63,903 nucleotides of DNA, filler included, from Nemertoderma westbladi (GCA_032718475.1; 4 parts of 4 records of this genome joined end to end with filler, not necessarily neighbours in it), one strand, 5' to 3'; counted from the first letter of the whole stretch, positions 1 to 11,829 are shown. Notes: generated from the sequence alone by a model not told the origin. Made by a program: numbers and translations.

Positions 1-87
1 GTCTATTGTATTGGTTAGAAAAAGCCATCTCTGTAACATGTTCCTTTCCCTTAATGTGTTACTAAAATGGTTACTAACACAAATCGT

Positions 88-197
88 TTGGGCGAAGGTT
101 GCTCGTGGCCGAAGATTGACTTGCCGGTGAAGGTTGCCCCTGGGCGAAGATTGGACGCGGGCGAAGGTTGTACGAGGGCAAAGATTGTTCCCAACCG
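88..197. repeat. Short cluster of GCGAAG(G/A)TTG motifs, probable end of a non-autonomous element
   Basis: About 6 degenerate copies of the motif, ending in TCCCAACC; family not assignable. Confidence 0.35.
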
Positions 198-292
198 TTT
201 CCGAGATCTGTAGTCAAACTAGTATGAAACTGAATTCAAGCTAGCAATGCGATTAGTATCAATTGTGTATATGTATAATTGTGTTGTTCCAG

Positions 293-598
293 GTCCATTA
301 CGACTAAGCGAATCAACTGATGTTGGTTCAGGAAAATTGGAAGTTTTCGATTATCACCTCAACGACTGGAGGTCAGTTTGTGGAGCTAATGTACCCAGTC
401 AGGCAACAGCATTGAAGGCCTGCCATTTATTGGGTTTCTCTGATCTGGAAGCAGTTCAGTTAGATACTGGAAGCTCTGTGTTCGGATTGGTTGATGTTGA
501 TTGCTCAGGAGAGGAATTATCTTTTACTCAATGTTCACACCAAAGTATTACATATAAATCTGAGTGCAATGGACAGTCGGTTGCTTTATCTTGTTTAA
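293..598 (+). CDS. Internal exon of mosaic extracellular protein: SRCR (scavenger receptor cysteine-rich) domain
   Basis: Acceptor ttccAG at 291-292, donor GTAAGT at 599; 306-nt phase 1-1 exon. Peptide LRL..GSGKLEV..WRSVC..CHLLGF..VDCSGEELSFTQC..C..VALSC fits the SRCR consensus. Confidence 0.88.
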
Positions 599-1767
599 GT
601 AAGTGTTTAATTATTTGTTAACCCCATTACCACTGTGGGGGGGGGTGGGGGGGAGTATTGGCCCAAACAAAATATTGGTATAATTACTGGCAAACAAATA
701 TTGTAGAGAATGCAGTCACATTGGATTTCAACTTTTCGACCTGGATGGAACTGTAAAATTTTGTACCCAGTAACTGAACTGATCGGATTTAAAAGATCAT
801 TCAATTAGTTTTTAGTGATGTTTTTGACTTTTTTATTGATTCTGATTAGGATAAAAATATTAAGGTTGGAAATTGGCACTTCAAATTGTGAAAATTAAGA
901 TGTTCAGAGAATACTCCAAGAGGTATTCCAGGGCAATTGAAAGTACTATAAAGAACTGAATTTTTAGTGGTCTCTTATTTTTAACACATCAAAATGAGGA
1001 CGTGGCTCCACAAATTTTGATGGGACGAATTGGTGCCCTCCATTGCTGACATACAAGATGACGTTGTTGTCAATAATGTGTATAATACTGTGCCATTCAG
1101 TTAGGAATAGGCAATAGGCCTATCATGGACACAGGTATAGACCGACTAGATGGCACAATGTTGATTGCATTGGCACAATGTTTATTATACTGTACAGGAC
1201 TAAATAACAAGTGCGTCATTGTGATCACTAGCCGATCTATTCGATAAAAAATTGTAATACATGTAATAAAATGTAAAATTGACAACTACTACTGAATGGA
1301 TCCTACCTTCTTCACGGTAATCGGTGTAAGTTGTTGTATGGGGATTAAGTACATCCCTAATTATAAGGCGAAAAATTACAAAAATCATCCAAGATAATTA
1401 AGAAAGATCAAGAACGGTGTATGCAATGGATATATACCACAACAATGGTATTGTCCTGAATGTGAATGTGATGTGCTGATATGTTTCACTGTGAAGGGTG
1501 ATTTACTGTTTCACTGTCTTAAGTTATGACATACTATTAACTAACATGTGTTATGTCCAAAAAATTTGATTTCAGAAGTAGATGCTTGAAAAAGTGAAGA
1601 AGACTTTTCACTTGTACAGTGAAATGATTTGCCACTATTTTCCTTTTTTGATTTCTTATCCATGTTAAACTCATTTATATCTAAAATATACTTCATAAAA
1701 CAACATAATGGAGCATGATGTAAATAAGTAAGTAAAGAGTTGTAGTTTTGTGTAAATATTTTTTTAG

Positions 1768-2159
1768 CTGATGGTCATTATGGTGACTTCGCTGAAACTA
1801 CCACTTGTGACGTCACAGAATTCTGTAGCAACGCTGATTCCATTGACCAATTCGGTGTATCATCCTTTACACGCTTGTGTAATCTACCAATCCCATCATC
1901 GGGTTCAACTGGTTGCCAGGATGTGTCTACCATTAACCAGCAGTGTAGTGTTTATCTCCGACTATCTGGAGATACTTCTTGCCTACCAACAAGTGTCTCA
2001 TTGAGTTTAGTTTCGTCTCATATCAATCCAGTAATAACAGGAGATAGCATTTCACTGGAGTGCACAGTACCGTCCAGTATTCCAGACGTAATATATCCCT
2101 ATGGATACAACTGGTATCTTGATAATGTCCTCCTAAATGATGGAGTTGATGGTTATTCG
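1768..2159 (+). CDS. Exon: degenerate thrombospondin type-1-like repeat plus N-terminal half of an Ig domain
   Basis: Acceptor tttttAG ends 1767, donor GTGAGT at 2160; phase 1-0, compatible with the previous exon. DGHYGDFAETTTC..TRLCNLPIPSSGSTGC is TSP1-like but lacks the Trp residues; GDSISLECTV..YNWY gives Ig strands B and C. Confidence 0.8.
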
Positions 2160-3182
2160 GTGAGTGTTATTATTTTTTTATATTAACACTAGAAAATCAT
2201 TATTAATAACAAAATAGGATAAGATTTTCACAGCACATAAGCTATGGTCAGGTAGGATATCTGCAAAGTGTCAGTTAGAACAGACTCCGTCCAATGATGC
2301 AACTGTTGTTATAATTTCCTGCCAGCTGACCAGTAATTTGCCCGATAACAAAACAACTACAGAATAACGCAATTTTACCTCAAATACGCATTCATGCAAG
2401 CATCAAGCAAATGTGTAAAAAATCAGCCTCGAGATAGCCTTTACAGTTCATGTTCACGGGCTCAGGATGGCCTGCATCATATAGATGCGCGCACATGATA
2501 GACCCAACGTGTAGGGTGACAGACTGACGACCTGCTAGGCCTTCCTCGCTAGCACCCAACCGGTACACAGCAAAAATTAATAATCAAATCATTTTGCGTT
2601 TATGTTGATAAACATGTGAACGAAAAATGCTAATCTAAGATTTACTGCTTGTTCTTCTTACCAATGTAAGTTAAGAACCAATCACAGTAGTTCCACTCCG
2701 TTCTCCTGCTGGGTCCTATTTATTGAGATTACTTCTTAACCAACCCCCCAGCCTGCCTGCAGGCCACCTCAAGATATGATCTGTCTGCCTGTAGCTAGCT
2801 GCCTTGCTAAAACTTTACTATTCTCACCTTTGCCAGGCCTGTACTGCCAAAAGGTATATTCGAATCATTTTTTGATATTGGCAAACAACATGTTGCTGTG
2901 ACCTGTTGCAATTAGATGGAATTCATATAAATTAATTTAGAAATTTCAAACTTGTTTTTTCGGGGGATGCCAAATTTTGGAGCCAGCACCAAATTTTGTA
3001 AATTTATATAGTAGCCAATATATATATATATTTAGCTACCATTAAAAAATATCTTCTAAGATTCTAGAAAATTATCCTATAAAAAAACAATCAAAAATAC
3101 AAAAATAGTCACACAAGCTATTCCTGTGCCTTTCCGCCCACCCCCCCCCCCCCCCCATACTCAAACTTTTTTACTTTGTAAA

Positions 3183-3400
3183 AAAAATCCCGACGTTTGC
3201 AAAACTCGCGAATTTCGGGACATTGGCAACGTTTGCGAAACCAATATTTTACCTAACAAAAGATTCCCGAAGTTTGCGAAATTCGGGACGTTTGCGAAAT
3301 TCGGGACGTTTGTGACGTTTGCAAAGCCAATATTTTACCTAACAAAATATTCCTGACGTTTGCGTCGTTTCCGAAATTCGCGAAATTCGCAACGAATCCG
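3183..3400. repeat. GGGACGTTTGCGAAATTC motif cluster with ACCTAAC motifs, possibly a Helentron-associated non-autonomous element end
   Basis: Repeated ~18-bp motif and two copies of CCAATATTTTACCTAACAAA; the family assignment is inference. Confidence 0.4.
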
Positions 3401-4150
3401 TCAGTAACTACTTACTCTGTTAATGAAACCTAACGGTAACCTTGAAGTTGAAGTTAACTCACTGATTAGGAGTGTTTCAAAATCCTTGATCTGACTTGAG
3501 AAGGCTTTCTCATTGTTTGATATCTTCTCATCCATAATGTCAAACCTTGCCACACCTTCCGCGGCTACCATATCCTTCCAGCTACCAGAAGCCGTCTGCC
3601 TACTGGGTGGGTTCGTTATCAAGGGCAGATGCAGTGCCTCTAAAGCACCGACAGCAATGTTAGCCATTGAAGCATCAGTGTTAAGATCACGTAATTTGTC
3701 CCAAATGTCTTTAAAATTTGCCATGGCAGCAGTGTGCTCTGACGTATCGCATCTGTTTATCACTTCGACATCAAAGTTCTCAAACAAAGCGATTTTAGCC
3801 TGTAGGATTTCTTCAGAGATGAACCTGCTTTTCAAACAAGCGTCAGAAACTATGGAGAATGGAGTACAAGACAGGCCCTGAAGAGTTAGAGCTAGGCAAG
3901 TGTTAACAATTATAAATTTCTTATCAGCCTAAATGCCGGTACAGTACCAGCAGTGCCAGTAGGGACTGTTAGCGTTAGGGGGAAAACCAGAATGAGATGG
4001 CTGCTGCCGAGTCGTCACGCCGGACCACAGACCAGGATTACCAGAGACAGAGGTCAATATCCTGCCGCCAGTATCAGCGACAGATCCATTATTAGTAGTT
4101 GTAGACATATCAGTCTGTAGACAACTGAACTTGTTTTCGAGAGCCACTGC
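3401..4150 (-). pseudogene. Possible degraded LINE ORF1-like fragment inside an intron
   Basis: Two minus-strand ORFs (3929-4147 with LENKFSCL, resembling the LxNRFxxL motif of LINE ORF1s, and helical 3401-3835); GC-richer than its flanks. Confidence 0.3.
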
Positions 4151-4411
4151 ACTTGTGTACTGGTACCATACGGTATGTAAAGGTTAGGTCATCCACGGCC
4201 AATATTTTCTTTAATTATGATTTTTAGATTTTTCGGTTTTAAGTAAATAAATAATAGTAATTCGTCAAAAAGCTGGTGCTTTTTGGTTGACTATATTTAG
4301 TATTTTGTTGAAAATGTTTCTACATTTCCTTAAATGTTATATTTTGCCTTTGATGGGAAGATCAGCATAACAAAATAGAAATAGCTGATGCCTATTTGTT
4401 ATTTTTTACAG

Positions 4412-4535
4412 ATAATCACTGGAGAATTATCAATATCAGTTCCAGCTATCAGCCATAGTGGTCTATATAAATGCGAGTTAGAGACTTATGGATATGGAGC
4501 AAGAGGAGAAACAGAGCTAACAGTTCTCGTTGTTG
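4412..4535 (+). CDS. Exon: C-terminal half of the Ig domain
   Basis: Acceptor ttttacAG ends 4411, donor GTAAGT at 4536; phase 0-1. GELSI..SHSGLYKC..TELTV matches Ig strands E-F-G. Confidence 0.85.
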
Positions 4536-5445
4536 GTAAGTGGAGAAATAGAACTAACAGTTCTCATTATTAGTAAGTGGTGGAAACAGAACTAACAGTT
4601 CTCATTGTTGGTAAGTGGGGGAAACAGAACTAACATTTCTCGTTAGTGGTAAGTGGAGAAACAGAACTAACAGTTCTCATTGTTGGTAAGTGGGGGAAAC
4701 AGAACTAACATTTCTCGTTAGTGGTAAGTGGAGAAACAGAACTAACAGTTCTCATTGTTGGTAAGTGGGGGAAACAGAACTAACAGTTCTCGTTATTGGT
4801 AAGAGGAGAAACAGAACTAACAGTTATAGTTATTTGTAAGTGGAGAAACATAACTAACAGTTATTGTTATTGGTAAGTGAAGAAACAGAACTAACAGTTC
4901 TCGTTATTGGTAAGAGGAGAAACAGAACTAACAGTTATAGTTATTGGTAAGAGGAGAAACAGAACTAAAAGTTCTCATTATTAGAAAGTGGAGAAACATA
5001 ACTAATAGTTCTTGTTGTTGGTAAGTAGAGAAACAGAACTAACAGTTCTCATTGTTGGTAAGTGGGGGAAACAGAACTAACAGTTCTCGTTATTGGTAAT
5101 GGAGAAACAGAACTAACAGTTCTCGATATTGGTAAGTGGAGAAATGGAACTATAACTAACAGTTCTTGTTGTTGGTAACTGGAGAAACAGAACTAGCAGT
5201 TCTCATTGTTGGTAAGTGGAGAAACAGAACTAACAGTTATTGTTGTTGGTAACTGGAGAAACAGAACTAGCAGTTCTCATTGTTGGTAACTGGATAAACA
5301 GAACTAATAGTTCTTGTTGTTGGTAAGCGGAGAAACAGAAATAACAGTTCTCGTTGTTGGTAAGTGAAGAAATATATCTAACAGTTCTCGTTGTTGGTAA
5401 GTGGAGAATCAGAACTTGCAGTTCTTGTTGTTGGCTAACTGTTCT
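4505..5445 (+). repeat. 37-bp minisatellite (~25 copies) built from the exon end plus 5' splice donor
   Basis: Consensus GGAGAAACAGAACTAACAGTTCTCGTTGTTG|GTAAGT; the first unit is the real exon/intron junction at 4535/4536. Confidence 0.95.
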
Positions 5446-6257
5446 TATTGTTGATAAAGGGACAAACGTAGCCAATTATTTTCATTATATGGTATTTTAT
5501 TTGGTGAGCAAGCGGATAATTATTTATAACTATCCTTAATTATATTAGAAAGTTACATTTGAATTTATCTCTCTCTATTACAATGTATATTTTACAATAT
5601 ATGTTTAAGGACATGGGGGGTGGTTGGCGACTCGCACTCGCATCAGCAGATGATAGTGGCAATGGTGGAATTGGTCTATTGATGAATCCAACTGCACATG
5701 CAGCATTGGACACAATAGACCAAATTTCTAACCGCATCATCCATTGCCACTTCTCATGTTCTGGAAGACTGGCTAAGAAGTTTCTTAAGGTGGATCTGAT
5801 TGTGTGCTACTTTCCAACTAGTGTTGCCCCTGTAGAGGAGGTGGAAAATTTCTACCACAATCTACAAGCAGCTACTGATGAAGTGGATCAGCATGCATTC
5901 TTAACATTCCTGGGAGACTTTAATGCAAGTCTGCATCAATCACCTACATCGCCCTGGGTCTATAGCGATTGTGTTAACCGAAATTCCGTCCATCTTTATG
6001 ATTTTATTTCTGCAAATGGATTGTTTTCGGCTGGTACCCATTTCAAGAGGCGAACTGGAAAGCCATGGACTCATAGTGGACCCAGTGGTCACAAGTCACA
6101 GATAGACCCTATTCTGTTTCGTAGGAAATATAGGAGCTCTCTACAAGACTGTAATGCATTTACACTTCGACCCTTCTCCAGTGATGACCGCCTTATTGTG
6201 GCCAAGGTAAGACTTAGTCTGCGTGCTAGCAGAACAACGAAATCTACCTTGCTGCGG

Positions 6258-6579
6258 CATTTATTATAGGATGGGATCTAGGGGTCTTAACCTCAAATGA
6301 TAAGTTTATTTTACCGAAAATAACTTATCTTTTATTGGCGCAATTGTAGGACTAATCCCATCACATGCGTACTTTTTAACTGGGTATTGTACAAATTTAG
6401 GAATCGCGTAATTTTTCTTAAAATTAATATATCATATCTCTCCAAACCACGTACGCGTTTCGACCTTACTGGGTCTCATCAGCGTGGTGTCGGATTCGAA
6501 CCTGGGACCTCGAGGTGGAAGCCGAGACTACAACCACTAGGCCACAGGTTCTTGAGATATGGACTATTAATTTCAAAGC
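6258..6579 (-). mobile_element. tRNA-promoter/hammerhead-ribozyme element, copy 1, inserted in the RTE LINE
   Basis: Reverse complement of 11521-11829 at high identity; A box TGGCCTAGTGG (6534-6544), B box GGTTCGAATCC (6492-6502), hammerhead at 6446-6488. Confidence 0.88.
6446..6488 (-). ncRNA. Minimal type-I hammerhead ribozyme
   Basis: Minus strand ACCACG-CTGATGA-GACC-cagtaa-GGTC-GAAA-CGCG-TA-CGTGGT: 6-bp stem I, complete core, 4-bp stem II, palindromic ACGCGT stem III region, GUA cleavage triplet. Confidence 0.88.
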
Positions 6580-8856
6580 GTATGAGGTTCTTGCCTCTGA
6601 GGCAGCAGATCACCGTGAGGGCTATACTGCCTTCACAGAAGCAGTTAAGTTAGCAGCTGCAGAAACAGTTCCTGTATACCCTCGAAACAGAAAAAGGGCC
6701 CCCTGTACTGACAACAAAATTCAGAAGTGCCGGAATGACCTCTATAATGCGCAGAAAGAGTCCCGACTCAAACAGACTACAGCGGCCAAGAATGCAGTTA
6801 AGGCTGCATCTAGGTCCCTGAACAAGCAGTACTCTGTTAATCTGCAGGAGCTAATAAACCAACAGGTTGATGCCATCAATGATGCTGACAACATCAGACA
6901 ATCATCCCAGGCATGGAAATCGATCAACTTGCCTACTGGGCAGAAAAGCCTACCAACCTCCAAGGTTAAGGCAGAATCACCAGCCGATTGCCTCAATGGT
7001 TGGAAGGCCCACTTTAAAAACCTCCTCAATAATGACAAGGTATTGCCTGGTAACTTTATAGAAGTAAAAGTGTCCGAGTCTGTACTTCCAGATATTCCCA
7101 CTGGCGATATCTCCTTCGCAGAAGTGAAGGCTGCTGCAAAGAGCATTAAGACCAATCGTGCCAGTGGAGTAGATGGTGTTCCCCCTGAGGTCTTTAAAAA
7201 ACCCGAGTGTTTAAAGCTCATCTATCCCATCATAGTAGACATGTACAGAACAACAAGAGTCCCACAAGAAATGAAAACAAATAAGTTGGTGCCAGTTCCC
7301 AAGAAGGGCAACCTAACACTCTATGGTTCTTTTCGGGAATCTCATTAATCTCGATTGCTGCAAAGCTATACAATAGAATTCTATTAAATCGCATCAGGGA
7401 TCCCATTGAGAGACTGCTCCGTGGAAATCAGAATGGGTTCTGTAAAGGTCATGGGACCATGGAGCCCATTTTGGCACTTAGAAGGATAATTGAAGAGTTA
7501 TCAAAAAAGAAAGAGAGGCATCTGTCTGTTATCTTTGTTGACTTCTTCAAGGCCTTTGATTCAGTCTCTCGCTCACGTATGTTCAGCATACTTTCATTAT
7601 ATGGGATTCCTGATGAAATTATTGCAGCAATCAGATCAGTATACGATGGTTCGCAACATTTGTGTCTACTGTTGATGGTGACACAGAACCATTTGAAGTG
7701 TTATGGGGCGTCCTCCAGGGAGACACACTTGCACCATTCTTGTTCATAATTGTGGTTGACTATGTTCTATGCATGTCCTTAGATCATCATAATGATGATG
7801 GGGTGATGATAACTCCACCTACTGGCTCCAGAAGTCGAGGAAATCCTCCCAAGTACCTAACTGATCTAGACTTTGCTGATGACTTTGGAGTACTCTCAGA
7901 ATCACTAGAGGGAGCCCAACGGCTCCTCAGCTCATTAGAACATGCTGCTTCTAGTGTTGGTCTTTTTATTAACTCCAGAAAGACCAAAAATTTTGACAGT
8001 TAACTTTGAAAGTTCCTCAGCAAGTCTCTGATCGGATGAGCATAAGCTCAAAGGATGGTATGCTTGAGCATGTTGATGACTTCTGTTACCCGGGATCATG
8101 GATCCGGAAGTCAGGTGAGGACCCAGGATTTGGAAGTCACCGCGAATTAATCGGAAACTTAAGGTCCGATTATTTAGAGCAGCAGTAGTTCCAGTACTCC
8201 TCTATGGGAGTCCATGCTGGGCTCTAACTGCTGAGGACACCAAATCTCTGGATGGCACATTCACAAGAATGCTACGCCGGGTTCATTGTGTCAAGTACAA
8301 TGCCCACATCTCCAACCAGAAACTATATAACATTGGATGTGTCTCATTGGTTCCCCCAAGCTTGACACTAGAACAAAATCGCCTCCACTTTGCAGGACAT
8401 TGCTTTCGCCGTGAGGACCAGCCAGTGCATAATCTTGTGCTTTGGCAGCCTCATGGAGTGAATAAGCATGGTGGACAGCCCATGACTTTCTTGAGACGCA
8501 TCTTAAAGGACACTGGCCTTGAAGATGCGGATGATCTAGCAAATGTCATGGGTGATAGGGAGTTGTGGCGGCGCAATTTTGTCGACAAGCCAGCACAGCA
8601 TTATTAAAAATGCAGCTGCAATGCAGCATCCCGATCCTAGTAGTAGTAGTAGTACAATGTATATTCTATATAGTTAGGCCTACTGAAAGTTATAATTCGC
8701 GTCAGTATACCATAGTTACAATACCTGTACTGGTATGGTACCTGTACATGTAATTAAATTAGATTCTTTAATTCGGTTCAGAGTACAGGAACTCATTTCA
8801 TTTTCTGATAAATAGGTTCCATAAAAGATCAAGTTAGTTAGTTATTATATTTACAG

Positions 8857-9098
8857 AACCAATAAACATCGCTGAAGGATTACCAACTACATCCAATTCA
8901 GTGAGTCATGGTGGGGTATCTTCTCGAGCTGTAGATGGTAATAGAGATGGTATTTACTCTCATAACAGCTGTCAACACTCAGATGGTAGTGTTGTACCTG
9001 CTTGGTGGACTGTGGATCTCGGCACCAGTGTTGCTGTAGATTATGTTACGATTTACAACAGGGAAGACTGTTGTAAAGAAAGGATAATTGGTGTCAAG
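8857..9098 (+). CDS. Exon: N-terminal part of an F-type lectin (fucolectin) domain
   Basis: Acceptor tttacAG ends 8856, donor GTAAAT at 9099; phase 1-0. NIAEG..SSRAVDGN..CQHSD..WWTVDLG..VTIYNREDCCKER contains H-x27-RxD-x4-R, close to the fucose-binding motif. The rest of the domain was not found before the gap. Confidence 0.85.
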
Positions 9099-9656
9099 GT
9101 AAATAGGGTAACCAATCTTAATCTTAGCACTACAGTAGTTCATTTCATCATACTTTGCATACCGTTAATCAGCACATGAATAGCCACCCAAGGGTTGGAA
9201 TGAGAATAATAACAATTAAATGCAAGCACGTTAATATATAAATTCAATTTAAGGGCACCCATAGAGACACATGTCTTTTATATAAATGTAGGAACACATA
9301 TCTTGGCGTGAAATTGGCAATCATATTATATGGCTTTTCAGACAACTTTACAGATCGGCAAATATGAATTAGTGGGAAATTGTAACATGAAAAACAGCGA
9401 TATGAATAAAATAATATCAATAGTAATAATATAAACTCCACTTCCGAGGGTTCCTTAGGGATCCAAATGACCGTCTTCTGTATGTTAGTGCAAAGGTTGC
9501 AGCATGGGTTGATGCAGTTGACAAATTGGCAGATGTGGCTGAGTCCCAACCCCAGGGTGCTTTCTCCGCCATGGTCTGCTCGCTTCAGCATAAGTGTGTG
9601 TTACCTTTGTGTGTTACCCCTGATTGTGGCGGCGAATTTACTGCATTAGAAAATGC

Positions 9657-10496
9657 GGCACTCTTACAGTTTGCCGTGCCACCTATTGCTATAATGGCAC
9701 GGTAAAGTGTAATAGGACTGAGGAGCTCTCTTACAGTTTGCCGAGCCACCTATATATTCAATATAATAAATATATAAATAAAAAAAATATAAATTATAAG
9801 TAATTAAACAGGACTAAGGATGATCCAACTCTATAGCAAATGGAGCGGAAAAAATGAATCATCCTTAGTTGGATCATCCTTAGTCCTGTTTAATTACTTA
9901 TAATTTATACAATCTATGGATGTTAATTAAACACATATACAATAAAAAAAATATAATTGTTATAATTATATAATATATATTTACGCAAGTGATACCGTAA
10001 TTTACTCGACGTACAATTACATTTTGTTACGTCTTGTGTAGCTAATGTTTTTATTGTTTGTTACTAAACCGGGTACACTTCCTTCTAGTTTCCCTAATTA
10101 TGATATGATAGATTAAAAACTATCATTTTATTATATCAAAAAATTGCAAAATGGCAAGCTAGCTAGTTTTTGTTTCTTGTTTTTTAAATGTTCTAGAACA
10201 TTATCAATCCATTTCATATAAAAATGTTGTTCTAGAACAAATATTTTTTGTTCTAGAACAAAAAATACAAAGCACTAGCTAATTTGTTAATTTTTTATTC
10301 TATGTTATCTTTGTATGAATTTTTTATACTAGCTATTTTTTGTTTCTTTTTTTAATGTTCTAGAACATATTATATATACATTTAATATAAGAATTTTGTA
10401 CTAGAACAAATATTTTTTGTTGTAGAACAAATATTTTAAGATCATTTTATTATATCAAAATATGGCTATAATGGCACGGTAAAGTATAAGAGTCCC
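9657..10496. mobile_element. Non-autonomous DNA transposon (MITE) with ~25-bp imperfect TIRs, preceded by a TIR-only mini-copy
   Basis: CTCTTACAGTTTGCCG(T/A)GCCA at 9661 and 9728 versus TGGCACGGTAAAGTATAAGAGTCCC ending 10496; internal ~42-bp inverted repeat (~9789-9830/9867-9908); the right end recurs inverted at 30186-30259. Confidence 0.7.
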
Positions 10497-11520
10497 ATAG
10501 ATTCCTACCTGCAGTTGTTGGCGGCTCAATCACAACCTCCGAATGTCAGCTATTCAGCCTCTCCCCGCAACGTGGTTGACTTGGCCTCTGAATCCAGATT
10601 GTCAAATCCACGGCTTCCTACGCAGTTTCTGCTGCTGGATCCCATTTTCTTTGTAGGGAGATTGCTGGAGAGGTTGACTTCAATCTAACGGTTCATGGGG
10701 AATGTTTGGCGAGAGCAAAGAAAGTGGAGAGACTTGCAAGGAAGGAATTGGTGACAAAGTTGTTTGTGGAAGTGCTGGATGGAATGTCTGAAGTAAGAGT
10801 CCGGACTGTCTGTAGAGTGGCCGAATTTAAAATTGGTAGCTGGACCTCGTTGCAGATCGTATATCTGCATGACCTCGCAGTACGACCTCTCAACCCAAGA
10901 GTTTAGTGATGCAATTTCAGTGCAGTATGGCAGACTCCTCCTTGGAGTACCAAGTTGTTGTGATGGAAGTGGTGTGGGGCCCCATTCAATTTAAACCATG
11001 GTTTAAAATTCAAGAAAGGTGGCCTCGTAATTCAGCGCCATAATGAACTGCATGATACCATGGGTGATATGGCAAGTCTGGCATTCGGACTCCAACATGT
11101 CATATGGGAACCAGTTGTTCGGGAGCAACTAGAGGTTAGCGATGAATCCGGACTACACTGTGATGTGGGGATAAGGGGAGCATTCAATGTGCAGACTCAG
11201 GCATTGATTGGCATTAAGTCAACCAACCTTGACGCCGAGTCATACTTGAATCGCTCTCCCATGTCCATGCTCGAAGTTGCAGTGGAGGAGAACTGCTGCA
11301 CTGCTTTACACTTCTTTACATTGTGGTGGTGACTTCACCCCCTTTCTGTCTTCTTGTGACAAAGTCAAGGCCCCACAAGCCAACAGACTGCTCCATATAA
11401 TTACCACATGTCTAACCCACTATTGGAGTAAACCTTACTCAACAGTAATGGGTTGGGTCCGAGCGCGACTCATGTTCGCCATCATCCGTGAGACGACTGA
11501 TTGTATGAAAGGGCTGACTG
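10497..11520 (+). mobile_element. Degraded CRE-like non-LTR retrotransposon 3' part (zinc knuckle + restriction-like endonuclease)
   Basis: Frameshifted motifs KKGGLVIQRHNELHD, WEP, GLHCDVGIRG, DAESY, FTPF and WSKPYSTVMGWVRARLMFAIIR, typical of the C-terminus of metazoan CRE-clade elements. Confidence 0.72.
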
Positions 11521-11829
11521 GCTTTGAAATTAATACTCCATATCTCAAGAACCTGTGACCTAGTGGTTGTAGTTTCGGCTTCCACCTCGAATCCGACACC
11601 ACGCTGATGAGACCCAGTAAGGTCGAAATGCGTACGTGGTTTGGAGAGATATGAGATATTAATTTCAATAAAAATTACGCGATTCCTAAATTTTACACTA
11701 ACCCCGGTTAAAAAGTACGCATGTGATGGGATTAGTCCTACAATTGTGCCAATAAAAGATAAGTTATTTTCGATAAAATAAACGTATCATTCGAGGTTAA
11801 GACCCCTAGATCCCCTCCTATAATAAATG
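11521..11829 (+). mobile_element. tRNA-promoter/hammerhead element, copy 2 (B box deleted)
   Basis: Matches 6258-6579 inverted; a 14-nt deletion between TCGA direct repeats removes most of the B box. Confidence 0.88.
11598..11640 (+). ncRNA. Minimal type-I hammerhead ribozyme, copy 2
   Basis: ACCACG-CTGATGA-GACC-cagtaa-GGTC-GAAA-TGCG-TA-CGTGGT; one C>T change in stem III relative to copy 1. Confidence 0.8.

Larger units (their letters stand above)
5600..8654 (+). mobile_element. RTE-like non-LTR retrotransposon (APE endonuclease + RT), frameshifted and interrupted
   Basis: APE motifs GIGLLM, GDFNA, SQID, SDDRLI; RT motifs ASGVDG, FVDFFKAFDSV, GVLQGDTLAPFLF, FADD; C-terminal FAGHCFR and DRELWR; (TAG)n 3' tail at ~8638-8654. 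Several frameshifts. Confidence 0.9.

Noticed and set aside
6485-6551. Functional tRNA gene
   Set aside because: A and B boxes are present but the acceptor and T stems do not pair; it is a tRNA-derived head only.
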